64,000 bases of DNA from NCBI GenBank assembly GCA_016839805.1, contig JAEOTO010000006.1, forward strand, positions 32,001-96,000. The letters run 5' to 3'. The position numbers were made by a program, and so were the translations under genes. This document shows positions 9,623 to 19,828 of the stretch, one piece after another. The notes under the pieces are model-generated. The model was not told the DNA's origin. It did no database searches and was given only the letters and a program-made list of their open reading frames with translations. This DNA comes from Candidatus Hermodarchaeota archaeon. Lineage in GTDB: Archaea > Asgardarchaeota > Hermodarchaeia > Hermodarchaeales > Hermodarchaeaceae. Positions within the stretch are counted from its first letter, which is position 1. Every line of letters starts with the position of its first letter.

Positions 9623-10402
9623 ATGGAGTTTCGTGTTGCTTGTGCACAAATGGATATTGCCCTTGGAGATAAAGAGGTGAACTTTGAAACCGCAGTGCAA
9701 ATGGTTAAAGAAGCGGCAAGCCGGAAAGTAGACGTATTAGTACTGCCTGAATTATTCACAACTGGTTATTGTTTAGAAAAAGCTAACGAACTTGGTGAGT
9801 CACCAAACGGGCATTCTATTGAGCTCCTTCGTGACTTAGCTGGTCGATTTCGTATCTTCTTAGTTGCTGGAAGTATTTTAGAAAAACGAGGCCAAGAAAT
9901 CTTCAATACATGCCATTTGATTGGCAAGGATGGTAAACTACTTGGATTTTATGATAAAGTACAATTATTTCCACCATTTGACGAAAATCGGTATTTATCT
10001 GCTGGCTCTGAAACTCCCATTTTTAAAACGGGATTTGGGATTTTTGGTGTGATGATTTGTTTTGATCTCCGGTTTCCTGAACTAGCACGTACACTGGCTG
10101 TGAATGGTGCACAGGTGATTTTTTGTCCAGCTGAATTTCCAACAGAGCGTATTGCTGTATGGGCGACATTGTTACGAGCGAGAGCAATAGAAAATCAAGT
10201 TTTTGTGGTTGGCTGCAATCGGGTGGGAAGCGACGGTAAACATGTATTCGGTGGACGAAGCGCCATCATCAATCCAGAAGGGGTTACTTTAGCCCAAGCC
10301 TATGATAGACCTCAATTGATTGATGTTGAGATAAATCTCGATGAAATAGAAGATGTCCGGCAAAGCCTCCCTTTGATGAAGTATCGACATAAAGATTTCT
10401 AG
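9623..10402 (+). CDS. Carbon-nitrogen hydrolase (omega-amidase/nitrilase family)
   Basis: LPELFTTGY (E), YDKVQLF (K), ICFDLRFPEL (C), RARAIENQ. Confidence 0.92.
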   Translation: MEFRVACAQMDIALGDKEVNFETAVQMVKEAASRKVDVLVLPELFTTGYCLEKANELGESPNGHSIELLRDLAGRFRIFLVAGSILEKRGQEIFNTCHLIGKDGKLLGFYDKVQLFPPFDENRYLSAGSETPIFKTGFGIFGVMICFDLRFPELARTLAVNGAQVIFCPAEFPTERIAVWATLLRARAIENQVFVVGCNRVGSDGKHVFGGRSAIINPEGVTLAQAYDRPQLIDVEINLDEIEDVRQSLPLMKYRHKDF

Positions 10403-10499
10403 TGTTAGGAATCCGCCAGGAATCAAATCGTTAAATCGGAAATTAACAACCGATGATACCAACTTCTTCCGAATTGGTTACAACTTTCTTTGAGATAGA

Positions 10500-11300
10500 T
10501 TATACTAGCTCGGAACGACGTTTCAAGTATTTTTCGCGGAGACGCCGATAAGTCTCTTCGTCGACTCCCCCACTCCCCTTGCGTTGTTCTAACCTATTAA
10601 GAAGCTCATCAATGGCCTGAAGTTCAGAAGAAGCATCCTCGCTGGATAAACTACTATTATTTGGAGTGGTGTTTGATACTTCAGCACTTGAGGGAGGAGA
10701 AGTGAGTTCTGGAGGGGATGCGGAATTTTGGTTAGACGAGGAATTGGTAATACCATTCTGCTCGAGTTGTTCCTCGAGTTTTGCCATTTCAAGTTCGAGG
10801 GCGTCCAGTTGTTCTTGAACTTGTTTATCCATTTCCTCTGCTTCCGCTGTACGGGTTCTTCGGGATCGAAGGAATCTAGCAGTTGACGAAGAACTTTCTT
10901 GGGCATTTGATGTAGTGCTTATTGAAGCATTGCTCTGAAGAGCAGAGTTGCTAGCTTCTCCAGGTTCTACAACGATTGTTTCTAATTGAGCAGCCCGTTT
11001 ACCTCGCTTAATCCGTGGCTGAGGACGAGTTCGAGCGACCGGTTCTCCCGAGGCAGATCGGGCTCCTGGAGGAGGTGTACGGGGTGGAGTTTCCGAAGTA
11101 GTTGGTTGGGCTCGACGATCTAATAAAATACTAGCAAAAATAATGGGTAAAAATGCAATAACCAAAATATTCAACAAACCACCTAGCCCTGAAAACAAAC
11201 TGTCAAGTAAGAGACCTTGAAAGAGAAAGAAATCACCTATTATCAAAATAGCTATGATTACCCAGATACCAATGATGGCCGATGAGCGCTTACTTGGCAT
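10500..11300 (-). CDS. Two-TM-anchored, disordered/coiled-coil protein with C-terminal CdvA/SHOCT-like helical hairpin
   Basis: N-terminal TM pair, Ser/Pro-rich linker, coiled coil, C-terminal LLNRLEQRKGSGGVDEETYRRLREKY. Confidence 0.65.
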   Translation of the reverse strand: MPSKRSSAIIGIWVIIAILIIGDFFLFQGLLLDSLFSGLGGLLNILVIAFLPIIFASILLDRRAQPTTSETPPRTPPPGARSASGEPVARTRPQPRIKRGKRAAQLETIVVEPGEASNSALQSNASISTTSNAQESSSSTARFLRSRRTRTAEAEEMDKQVQEQLDALELEMAKLEEQLEQNGITNSSSNQNSASPPELTSPPSSAEVSNTTPNNSSLSSEDASSELQAIDELLNRLEQRKGSGGVDEETYRRLREKYLKRRSELV

Positions 11301-11310
11301 ACTTCAATGG

Positions 11311-11994
11311 TCACCTGTTCTGGTCTTTTTTTGATCCCCGGTTAGAAGAGATTTCACTCCTCCTTCTTGCTTTCTCCATCCTTGCTAAATACTTGTCGCG
11401 TAACCGGTTATATAACTGGTCAGAAATTGCGCGTTTCGCAAACTTCTCATCAAGGGTTTCCAATAGATGTTGAATTGCAACTACTGTTAATTCCTCCTCA
11501 CACTCTAGTTCTGCCTTCGCTGGAGCTATAGAATCTGGGGTAGTTGGCTCAATTGAAGGTTCAGCAAAAGGCTCTTTGGCTAGTTGTTCCTTGAGTAATT
11601 TAATTCGTTTCTCCAATTGTATTATTTGTCTCTGAAGCTTTTCAACTTCAGTTTCTGATTGACCTTCTCCCTCTAGCTCTGGTTCAGAGGTCTTTGAATC
11701 AGCCATTAGAGTATCAGCATCAAGGACCCGAACACGAACTGATTCAGAGTGGTTAGCACCTGCATTTTCAACAAGGTCACTTGGTTCTGAATAAGGAGGG
11801 AAGAAATCACTGGGTTCCGGAATCACCTTTTGCTCTTTTTCATGACGGAGAATGAACATAATACCAATTGTTAGACATGCGATGATAGTTACAATTATTC
11901 CCAAAATTGGTGATATCAGGAGGGTAATGATTCCTATAACAATTGTGATGCCAACGCAACAACCAACCCAAGAATTACTTGTCTGGCTCATCAA
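11311..11994 (-). CDS. Two-TM-anchored coiled-coil protein with C-terminal CdvA/SHOCT-like motif (same architecture as neighbour)
   Basis: N-terminal hydrophobic hairpin, coiled coil, LLETLDEKFAKRAISDQLYNRLRDKY. Confidence 0.65.
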   Translation of the reverse strand: MMSQTSNSWVGCCVGITIVIGIITLLISPILGIIVTIIACLTIGIMFILRHEKEQKVIPEPSDFFPPYSEPSDLVENAGANHSESVRVRVLDADTLMADSKTSEPELEGEGQSETEVEKLQRQIIQLEKRIKLLKEQLAKEPFAEPSIEPTTPDSIAPAKAELECEEELTVVAIQHLLETLDEKFAKRAISDQLYNRLRDKYLARMEKARRRSEISSNRGSKKDQNR

Positions 11995-12145
11995 CTGTCA
12001 ACCAAAATGCTGATCTTTATAAAGGATTTTCTTTGTATGCAACGTCCTATCACTTTCTGCAAATACTCAACATTATAATGTTGCGTATCTTTCACTGAAT
12101 ATTTTCTCCTGATAAACACACATTTAAACTAATTTTCCTGCAGGA

Positions 12146-13189
12146 TTGATGCGTGGTGTCTATAAAATGCCAATTTTTCGACCAGGAAAAGTTCCTCCCG
12201 AAATACTTGAGAAACATGTGTTTCCCTATCTCGGAGTACGGGATCAGGATGTTATTCACGGTCCAGGTGTAGGACGTGATGCGGCTTTAATTCGAGTTGG
12301 TCGGCAAGTTATTGCTGCAACTACAGATCCGATTACTGGGACCGTTAGCCGGATAGGATCGTATGTATTACATATCTGTGCCAACGATATTGCGACCTTT
12401 GGGATTGAACCACGCTGGTTTCTGGCGACAATCCTTCTTCCTGAAAATACTGACGAGTCACTGCTACAAGACATTATGACTTCTATGCATACAGCTGCAG
12501 AAGATCTTAATGTTTCAATTATTGGCGGACACACCGAAATCACAACAGGGTTACCCAGGCCTCTAGTGATTGGGTTTATGCTGGGAATTGCTGGACAAGG
12601 AGGGTATGTGACTTCAACAGCAGCTCAACCAGGAAATACCCTCATACTTACCAAGGGTGTGGGCATAGAAGGAACTGCGATTCTGGCTGCAGAACGCGCT
12701 GCTCAGCTTCGTGTTAAACTTGGAAGGAGTATAGTAGATCGTGCACAGCAGTTTATTGACAGATTAAGTGTTGTGCCCGAAGCTTTGAAAGCCATGGCGC
12801 TGAAGGCAGTAACGGCTATGCATGACCCTACTGAAGGCGGAGTCGCTAATGGGCTTCATGAAATCGCTGATGCCTCTGGAGTTGGTTTTGTTGTTCAACG
12901 TAAAGGGTTAGTTATTCATGAGGAAACGCAGCGAATTTGTCAAATATTTGATATCAATCCTCTCAATTTAATTGCCAGCGGAGCAATGATCATGGCTGTT
13001 AAATCCAACAAGGTAAAAGCGCTCATTCAGACTCTAGAACAAGATGGAATTTCTGTTTCAATTATTGGACACCTAGTAAAGGATGCCTCAACACGGAATA
13101 TTGTTGAACCAGACGGCTCAGAGACTCGACTTCAGCACACAAGTGAAGATGCTTTGTGGACCGCTCTAGAAAAACCCTTAGACGACTAA
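12146..13189 (+). CDS. AIR synthase-related protein (PurM/HypE/ThiL superfamily)
   Basis: GPGVGRDAA, TTDPIT, ANDIAT, IIGGHTE, MHDPTEGG. Confidence 0.88.
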   Translation: MMRGVYKMPIFRPGKVPPEILEKHVFPYLGVRDQDVIHGPGVGRDAALIRVGRQVIAATTDPITGTVSRIGSYVLHICANDIATFGIEPRWFLATILLPENTDESLLQDIMTSMHTAAEDLNVSIIGGHTEITTGLPRPLVIGFMLGIAGQGGYVTSTAAQPGNTLILTKGVGIEGTAILAAERAAQLRVKLGRSIVDRAQQFIDRLSVVPEALKAMALKAVTAMHDPTEGGVANGLHEIADASGVGFVVQRKGLVIHEETQRICQIFDINPLNLIASGAMIMAVKSNKVKALIQTLEQDGISVSIIGHLVKDASTRNIVEPDGSETRLQHTSEDALWTALEKPLDD

Positions 13190-13194
13190 AATTT

Positions 13195-14454
13195 TCATCT
13201 CTTAGCTATTCGTTTCCTTATAATATCTAGAATTTTGTGTGAGGCTTTGAGTTTTAGGGTCTTTGAAATATGAACTGCTTTTTTCTCTGTATCAATTACG
13301 AATAGCTCATTGGTCTCTGTACCAAATCCGACTCCTGGTCGACCCACATCATTAGCCACTATCAAATCCGCTTTTGCTTTTTTTAATCGTCGGTGTGCTC
13401 TCGCAATCAATTCTTCGTTTGAAACAGAGTGTTCTGCTTTGAAAAGTACAAGATAGGTTGTTTTTTGCCATTTTTTTATTGCGTCAACGATTTTTGGAGT
13501 TGGTTGAAATGTTACTGAAAGCGTGGCAGCTTTTTCTGTGGGCACTTTTATTTTCCGTGGTTTTTTAGGCGTCCAATCCGCAACTGCTGCAGCAGCAATT
13601 ACTACATCAAAAGATTCAGCCTTTAGCTCAGATGCGACGGCATCATACATCTCTTGAGTTGTATCAACCTGTACAATCTTCACCCCTTCTGGTGGAGAAA
13701 GCGATCCACAGCCATAAACAAGGGTAACATCAGCGCCTCGTTCATAAGATGCTCTCGCTAATTCTATCCCCATTCGTCCTGAACTTTTACTAGTTACAAT
13801 CCGTACAGGATCAATATATTCGACCGTTGGTCCTGCAGTGATTAAGATTCGTTTGTGTGTGAAATCATGTTTCGTTCCAAGTTTTTTGATAATGGTGGAA
13901 ACCACTTCAGTTGGCGTAGCAATCTTTGCTTTGTCTTCCTCTAAGCGTGGACCCACAAATACAACTCCTACTCCCTCCAGCTTTTCGATGTTCTCTTGAA
14001 GAATTGGGTGTTTATACATGGACGCATGCATTGCAGGAACAATCATTATCGGAATTCCTGCCCCAAATGCAGTAGTAACCGTTGATGTTACAGGAGTATC
14101 ATCAATACCCATCGCTATCTTGGATATCGTATTAGCCGTTGCAGGTGCAACCAGAATCAAATCCGCTTTTTCTGAATGATCACCAGCTAGGGCGATATGT
14201 TCGATCTTACCAGTTAATTCAGTAACCACAGGATTGCCTGTCGCCCATTCCATGAGATACGGATGGATGATGAGATGAGCTGCCTCAGAAAACACAACCA
14301 CAACCTCTGCGCCATGTCGCATCAACAGACGTGCTATCTCTGGGCTCTGAACCGCAGCGACACTTCCTGTAATTCCTAATACTATCTTTTTTCCACGAAG
14401 TTCCGTACCCAGGGACTCAACGATGTCCATTGAGGGATGTTTGCTGCTTCTCAT
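13195..14454 (-). CDS. coaBC: Bifunctional phosphopantothenoylcysteine decarboxylase/synthetase
   Basis: GITGSVAA, APATANTISK, VPAMHASM, ITAGPTVEYIDPVR, AAAVAD, IVANDV; start placed at MRSSKHPS. Confidence 0.95.
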   Translation of the reverse strand: MRSSKHPSMDIVESLGTELRGKKIVLGITGSVAAVQSPEIARLLMRHGAEVVVVFSEAAHLIIHPYLMEWATGNPVVTELTGKIEHIALAGDHSEKADLILVAPATANTISKIAMGIDDTPVTSTVTTAFGAGIPIMIVPAMHASMYKHPILQENIEKLEGVGVVFVGPRLEEDKAKIATPTEVVSTIIKKLGTKHDFTHKRILITAGPTVEYIDPVRIVTSKSSGRMGIELARASYERGADVTLVYGCGSLSPPEGVKIVQVDTTQEMYDAVASELKAESFDVVIAAAAVADWTPKKPRKIKVPTEKAATLSVTFQPTPKIVDAIKKWQKTTYLVLFKAEHSVSNEELIARAHRRLKKAKADLIVANDVGRPGVGFGTETNELFVIDTEKKAVHISKTLKLKASHKILDIIRKRIAKR

Positions 14455-14489
14455 TATCACCACATCTAGTTTTGTTTCATTTCTCCTTC

Positions 14490-15260
14490 TTAATGGTAAG
14501 TATGACATTTTTCGGGGTACTTACCACTTTGTACTTCATTTACGAACTCGGTAACAGCTTTATCAATTACTTCGTGCAAATTGGCATATTTTTTTACAAA
14601 TTTTGGTAGGGGCTCCTTTCCAACTAATCCAAGCAGTTCAGTGATCACCAACACTTGTCCATCACAATATTTTCCTGCGCCAATACCAATAGTTGGTGTT
14701 CTAACATCATGAGTAATTTTTCGCGCCAGCCATTTCGGAATACATTCGAGAACTATCGAAAAGACGCCGAGTTTATCTAACTGTAAGGCATCTCGCCATA
14801 TCTGGTCCGCTTCTTGGGGGGTTTTTCCTTGCACGCGATATTTTTCAGCAGTTTGTGGCAATAGGCCAACATGTCCCATAACGGGGATGTTATTTTCCAA
14901 AAGCACTTTAATTACCGTAGATTGATTTCCCTCAATTTTCACTGCCTGCGCACCCGCCTCAAGTAAATGTTTAGCGTTTGATAATGCTTCTTCAGGAGTA
15001 TCATAACTGTGAATTGGCATATCAGAGACAATTAGGGTTCTCTTTACTCCCTGGGTCACTGCACGTGTATGATATAACATTGCAGACATTGTGACTTTTT
15101 TCGTGTCAGGGTTCCCTTGGAAGACCATTCCCAAACTATCTCCTACTAAAATCATGTCAACTTCATTTTCATCAAGAATTCTCGCTATCTGAAAATCGTA
15201 GGCCGTGAGCATAGTGATCTTTCGTTTTTCTTTCAAATTACGAATTTCGTCGACGTTCAA
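14490..15260 (-). CDS. panB: Ketopantoate hydroxymethyltransferase
   Basis: MLTAYD, LVGDSLGM, AVKIEG, MGHVGLLPQ, IGIGAG..CDGQVLV; TTG start overlaps the panE stop. Confidence 0.95.
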   Translation of the reverse strand: MNVDEIRNLKEKRKITMLTAYDFQIARILDENEVDMILVGDSLGMVFQGNPDTKKVTMSAMLYHTRAVTQGVKRTLIVSDMPIHSYDTPEEALSNAKHLLEAGAQAVKIEGNQSTVIKVLLENNIPVMGHVGLLPQTAEKYRVQGKTPQEADQIWRDALQLDKLGVFSIVLECIPKWLARKITHDVRTPTIGIGAGKYCDGQVLVITELLGLVGKEPLPKFVKKYANLHEVIDKAVTEFVNEVQSGKYPEKCHTYH

Positions 15261-16156
15261 TCCTGGACACTCTCCTTGAACTGGACTAACTGAGTCAAAC
15301 ACTCATTCACAGGGGTGGGGATATTGTGTTTTTTTCCAAGTTCCACAATCTTCCCGTTTAAGAACTCGATCTCTGTTTTTCTCCCATGTTGAATATCTTG
15401 CAGCATAGAAGTTCGATTCTGATATTTGGGCAGAGCTTGCTCCATAATTTGAAGTAGACTCAAATTGAGCTTCACCCCCTCCGCCGCTCCTACGGTCTTA
15501 CACTCATTTATGATATTGTATCGGAGTTCTGCTAAATGTGGAGAAAGTAGCTGGTATGTATAAATCCCCAAAATAGCACTTAATGAATTGGTAACACAAT
15601 TGATTGCAACTTTCCGCCACAAATCAACTAAGAAAGAATCCGAAATTACTACTTCCAATCCACTTGATTGAAAAACTTGAGTAACCCGTTTAGAAGCTTC
15701 ATCTGAATCAAAGATTGTAATGTTCAATGAAACATTGATGCGACCCGGTTCAAGGACCTCAGATCCCGCACGCACTATTCCACGAACAATAATTCCCCGT
15801 CCTTTGACTGCTTTCCGAGCGATTTCTTTGATTCCTAATCCATTCTGTAACAATAACAGTACGGTATCATCGCGAATTAATGATTGGATTGCAGAAAGCG
15901 AATCGTGTAAATCATGGGCCTTCACGCAGACAATAAGGAGTGTTTCAGCCGGGATTTCCGTTATCTCAGTTGCTGTTTGGATGTTGTTAGTATAAGTGCC
16001 AGCTCCATCACCGAGCAACGTTAGGCCGTTGTTGGCTATTGCACTCATGTGCGCTTGTCGTCCAACGAGTGTCACATGCTTGACACGCGACAGGAAAGCT
16101 CCATAAGCAGACCCAATTGCACCGGCACCTAGGATAATTATCTTGCTGAACGTCAT
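15257..16156 (-). CDS. panE: 2-dehydropantoate 2-reductase
   Basis: LGAGAIG, LQNGLG, WRKVAIN, SMLQDI..GRKTEIEFLNG. Confidence 0.93.
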   Translation of the reverse strand: MTFSKIIILGAGAIGSAYGAFLSRVKHVTLVGRQAHMSAIANNGLTLLGDGAGTYTNNIQTATEITEIPAETLLIVCVKAHDLHDSLSAIQSLIRDDTVLLLLQNGLGIKEIARKAVKGRGIIVRGIVRAGSEVLEPGRINVSLNITIFDSDEASKRVTQVFQSSGLEVVISDSFLVDLWRKVAINCVTNSLSAILGIYTYQLLSPHLAELRYNIINECKTVGAAEGVKLNLSLLQIMEQALPKYQNRTSMLQDIQHGRKTEIEFLNGKIVELGKKHNIPTPVNECLTQLVQFKESVQD

Positions 16157-16160
16157 TGCA

Positions 16161-16952
16161 TTATTCCCCCGTTGATTGGATGCTCTTAGTGTTTGCCAGG
16201 ATTCTTAGTCGCTCATTTATCAATCGAATAGCTTCAGAGAGATTTTCTCGATTATCAAAGTTATTTGCGATTTTTCGAAGGTGGTCATCAGAATCTTTTC
16301 GCAACTCTTTACAAAACTCAATCATCAATGGTAACGCGCGCACAACATTATCTACAATTGTAATTGTTGCCATTTGCGCTGTACGTGATAAAGGATTCAA
16401 ATCAACGGTAATCACTTGTTTACCAAGTTTTACTAGACCTTCTGTTCGGTCACCATCCTCGAGCGGAACAAAAACAGAATCAGCAATAAACAATCCCCGA
16501 TGGTCAACCACCCTTCGATCACTGAATATTTCAGGAATCGTCTCATGAAACTTCGAATCAGTCCCATAGATCTCTTTAGCACCCGCACTTCGGAGCACCA
16601 TGGCAATGGCTTTTGCCCGTTTTATAGAGGGATGATACAAGTTAATTTCTAATTTTGCATCTGAAAATTTCGCCAGTTTTACTAACTCCTTTGGAACAAG
16701 TGCAGCAACATTCCCATTCACCGACAGAACTGGATTTTGAGCTAACAACAAACAGGCTGCAGCCACACGAATTGCCCTTCGGGCATTCTCTGTGGTTATT
16801 TCACCAATGAGGTAATCGAAAGCTTCGCCTCGTCCATGGGCAAATAATCCAAACAGCGAAGTTACGCCAGTTTCAAAGCCTTGAACCAGCTGCACTCGAA
16901 TCCGCAATGAAGTAGCCCGTGGGTGCTTAGGTGAAACTTCATGATTATTCAT
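16161..16952 (-). CDS. Archaeal 4-phosphopantoate--beta-alanine ligase (phosphopantothenate synthetase)
   Basis: HPRATSL, AHGRGEAFDYLIGE, SVNGNVAAL, VPLEDGDR, VDLNPLSRT. Confidence 0.93.
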   Translation of the reverse strand: MNNHEVSPKHPRATSLRIRVQLVQGFETGVTSLFGLFAHGRGEAFDYLIGEITTENARRAIRVAAACLLLAQNPVLSVNGNVAALVPKELVKLAKFSDAKLEINLYHPSIKRAKAIAMVLRSAGAKEIYGTDSKFHETIPEIFSDRRVVDHRGLFIADSVFVPLEDGDRTEGLVKLGKQVITVDLNPLSRTAQMATITIVDNVVRALPLMIEFCKELRKDSDDHLRKIANNFDNRENLSEAIRLINERLRILANTKSIQSTGE

Positions 16953-17859
16953 CTAGTAATTTCGCTCCATCACAATCAACATTCATGACTAAAACGTCAT
17001 GGTCTGGTGTTTTATGCCGATCAAAAATCGCGTTAATTTCTTGAACTTGATCCGGGAACACAAGTGAAAAGACATTTTCACCAAAAATCGCTGTGCTACA
17101 GGTAAATCCTGCTTTATCCGTTTCCTCAAGAACGGAATGAACGCGGTTAGTGATAATTCCAACGTGTTCTGCAAAGTCACGTGAATATTGTAAAAAATTC
17201 GCTACTGTAGGATGGCTTCGTAAGGCTTCTGTTAATAGTTCTCCGCGTTCATTTATGCGCTGCCTTACCTTTCGGTCTTTTAGGTTTTGAGCAGTTGATA
17301 TCGGACCAAAGGGAAGACATACGACCACATAATCTCTACTTGCAGGTAAGATTTCAACCCGCCCAACATCTGGTCCTCCGGCAGCAACTCGGATTTCAAT
17401 ACCACCCACATTTTCTGCAATGACTGTCCCTAAGCCGGTTTTCAACTCGACTTCAACAGTATGTGCTATCTGTGCAACCTCTGTACGCGGTAAATCTAGA
17501 TCTAATGTCTTATTCAAAGCCAAAGCTAAACTCAGGGCTGCTGCGCCACTGGTTCCAAATCCATATCCAATAGGTAATGCGACGTCATGGATAACTTGAA
17601 TATCAAAACCTTGCGAAGGTGTCAACTTTAAAAACCGTGAAATCACGGCCTCCGATACGGAAGCTGATTGGGTTATGTAACCATTAATTCTAACTGAAAC
17701 TCTCGTCTTCTGTGTTCGTGACACCTCGACGTTAGTAGTAACTCCTCGACTCACTGATACACCTGCTCCTCGGGATCCTTTCATTAATGGGTTTTCTGGC
17801 TCGTCACAGATTTGGAAGAATCCAGTAATGTGTCCCGGAGAGAATGCTTTAGCTTTCAT
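16945..17859 (-). CDS. Pantoate kinase (GHMP family)
   Basis: AFSPGHITGFF, GSRGAG, PIGYGFGTSGA, AHTVEVELKTGLGTV; located in the CoA cluster. Confidence 0.92.
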   Translation of the reverse strand: MKAKAFSPGHITGFFQICDEPENPLMKGSRGAGVSVSRGVTTNVEVSRTQKTRVSVRINGYITQSASVSEAVISRFLKLTPSQGFDIQVIHDVALPIGYGFGTSGAAALSLALALNKTLDLDLPRTEVAQIAHTVEVELKTGLGTVIAENVGGIEIRVAAGGPDVGRVEILPASRDYVVVCLPFGPISTAQNLKDRKVRQRINERGELLTEALRSHPTVANFLQYSRDFAEHVGIITNRVHSVLEETDKAGFTCSTAIFGENVFSLVFPDQVQEINAIFDRHKTPDHDVLVMNVDCDGAKLLDE

Positions 17860-18040
17860 CACGATGCCTGCCGTAAAACACAGTCTAACTCTATTAGAGT
17901 AAGACGTGTAGTGTATAATGGGAAAATAAATATTTTGTACACGATATTTAAAGAATTTAAATTTCATAAGTAAATGGAGAAAAAGGTCTACATGGTGAGG
18001 TATTTAGTTAATAGATAATTGGAAAAGGAGTCTACACAGC

Positions 18041-18965
18041 ATGGAGTCAGCAAATGCCTTTTGCCCCGGAGGAATTTCAAGTTTTTTTCAAGCTGTCACC
18101 ACTAGTCCAATACCTCGAAGCTTTGATGAGGTATGTCGTATCGGAGCCAGAGGTGGAGGCTTTATCATTGACAAAGGAGTAACTACAAAAATTTCAGTAA
18201 GTCCCGCTTCGGAATCGCAAGTCGAGGTCAGGATAAATAATCAAAATGCACCGGGAGCTAAAGTTACACACGAAGTATGTTCACTCCTATTGGAGAAAGT
18301 GATGTGAAATGGCATATTTCTGTTGATCACGCTGTTGAAGTTCCTATTGGTGCCGGGTATGGAGCCAGTGCAGTGGGTGCTGTAAGCACTGCTATGGCCC
18401 TCTCTAAAGCATTGGGTATTCATTTTACGCTGAATCAAATTGGACAACTCGCTCATACTGCTGAAATACGAAGTGCTACTGGATTGGGTACTGTTAGTGG
18501 TGTAATTCGTGGCGGTGCAATCCTAATCTTAGAGCCTGGGGCTCCAGGTTATGACCGAGTAGATTGGTTACCACTAAATCCATCACATCGAATTGTAACG
18601 GCTAGTTTCGACCCATTTCCAAAGAAAACATCATTTTCTCTAAGAAAGCCTTACGAGTAGTGAATCGTGAAGCTCAACGTGTTTTGGATCAAATTTTGAA
18701 AAATCCTAATCCCGTGTTTTTTATGGACTTATGTCGGGATTTTGCCAAGAAAGCTGGCTTTCTTTCCCAACGGCTTGCTAAGGTCTTGGACAGAGTTATT
18801 GATGCCGAAGCCTTAGGAGCGACCCAGAATATGATTGGAGATGCTTTTCATGCCCTTGTGGATGTTAATTCCATAACTTCTGTTGTGAACTCATTGACTG
18901 ATACTTTTCCCTCCAACGTCGTTCAAGTAATGTTGCCTTCGCGTAGTGGACCAAGATACGTATAA
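18041..18965 (+). pseudogene. Second pantoate kinase-like GHMP kinase split by two -1 frameshifts (pseudogene or sequencing indels)
   Basis: Three consecutive ORFs carry AFCPGGISSFF/GARGGG, PIGAGYGASA/AHTAEI..TGLGTV and QNMIGDA; shifts near 18297 and 18615. Confidence 0.8.
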
Positions 18966-18977
18966 GGCTAGACTGTC

Positions 18978-19760
18978 TTGTACAATACAGAAGTGAAGCA
19001 TATGAAGGGGTCTTCAATTTTCCTTCCTCAAATGCCCAAATCTCTTCTCATCTCAATTACTGCAATCATGGCTGCTTTAATTGCTGTACTGACAATTTCT
19101 TTTCAAATTGCTGTCCCCGCTACTCAAGGCTACTTTAACCTCGGCGAGGTCGGTGTCTATATTTCAGCTCTCTTGTTTGGTCCTGTAATCGGTGGATTAG
19201 CTGGGGGAATTGGGTCGATGACAGCTGATCTCGCCACTGGATATGTGATATATGCTCCTGGCACGTTAGTTATCAAAGGAATGGAAGGATTTCTTGTTGG
19301 CTATTTGAGCTTTGCTTTTCGCGACCGATTGGCACCAAAACCATTGAGATATCTTGGAATGGGTCTAGGTATAGGATTGGCAATTTGTCTAGCGGTTATT
19401 GGTGTGTTACGATTTAGTGGAGAAATAGAGTTTATTGGTGGCCCCGAAGTCCCCTGGTGGTTAATTCCTTTCTTTCTTCCATCTTGGGTGTGGTTTATTC
19501 TAGCGGGAGTTCTTGGGTCAATGACCGTTTTCATAACAGTCAGATATGAGCCTAAAGCTGCTTGGAATGTATTTGCAATGCTGCTAGGTGGGATAGTGAT
19601 GATTAGTGGATACTTCCTTTATGAATTGATGATTTTTGGCACAGCGGCAATAGCTGAATTGCCTGTGAATTTCATGCAAGTCATAATTGGGATAATGGTT
19701 GCGTTACCAATCACAGAGCGGTTATTACCAACCCTGAAGAATTTAGGCTGGATAAGCTAA
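18978..19760 (+). CDS. ECF transporter S component
   Basis: VPATQGYFNLGEVGVY, GGIGSMTADL..GY..YAPGTLVIKG, ELPVNFMQ. Confidence 0.85.
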   Translation: MYNTEVKHMKGSSIFLPQMPKSLLISITAIMAALIAVLTISFQIAVPATQGYFNLGEVGVYISALLFGPVIGGLAGGIGSMTADLATGYVIYAPGTLVIKGMEGFLVGYLSFAFRDRLAPKPLRYLGMGLGIGLAICLAVIGVLRFSGEIEFIGGPEVPWWLIPFFLPSWVWFILAGVLGSMTVFITVRYEPKAAWNVFAMLLGGIVMISGYFLYELMIFGTAAIAELPVNFMQVIIGIMVALPITERLLPTLKNLGWIS

Positions 19761-19828
19761 ACCTGAATGTAGGCGCAGGTTTTTAGCGGTGTGAATCAAG
19801 TTTTAATTCCAATATAGCGCTGTTATCC

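Noticed and set aside
18300-18662. Sec/Pyl readthrough of TGA/TAG in the second pantoate kinase
   Set aside because: Homology continues in a different frame, so these are frameshifts.
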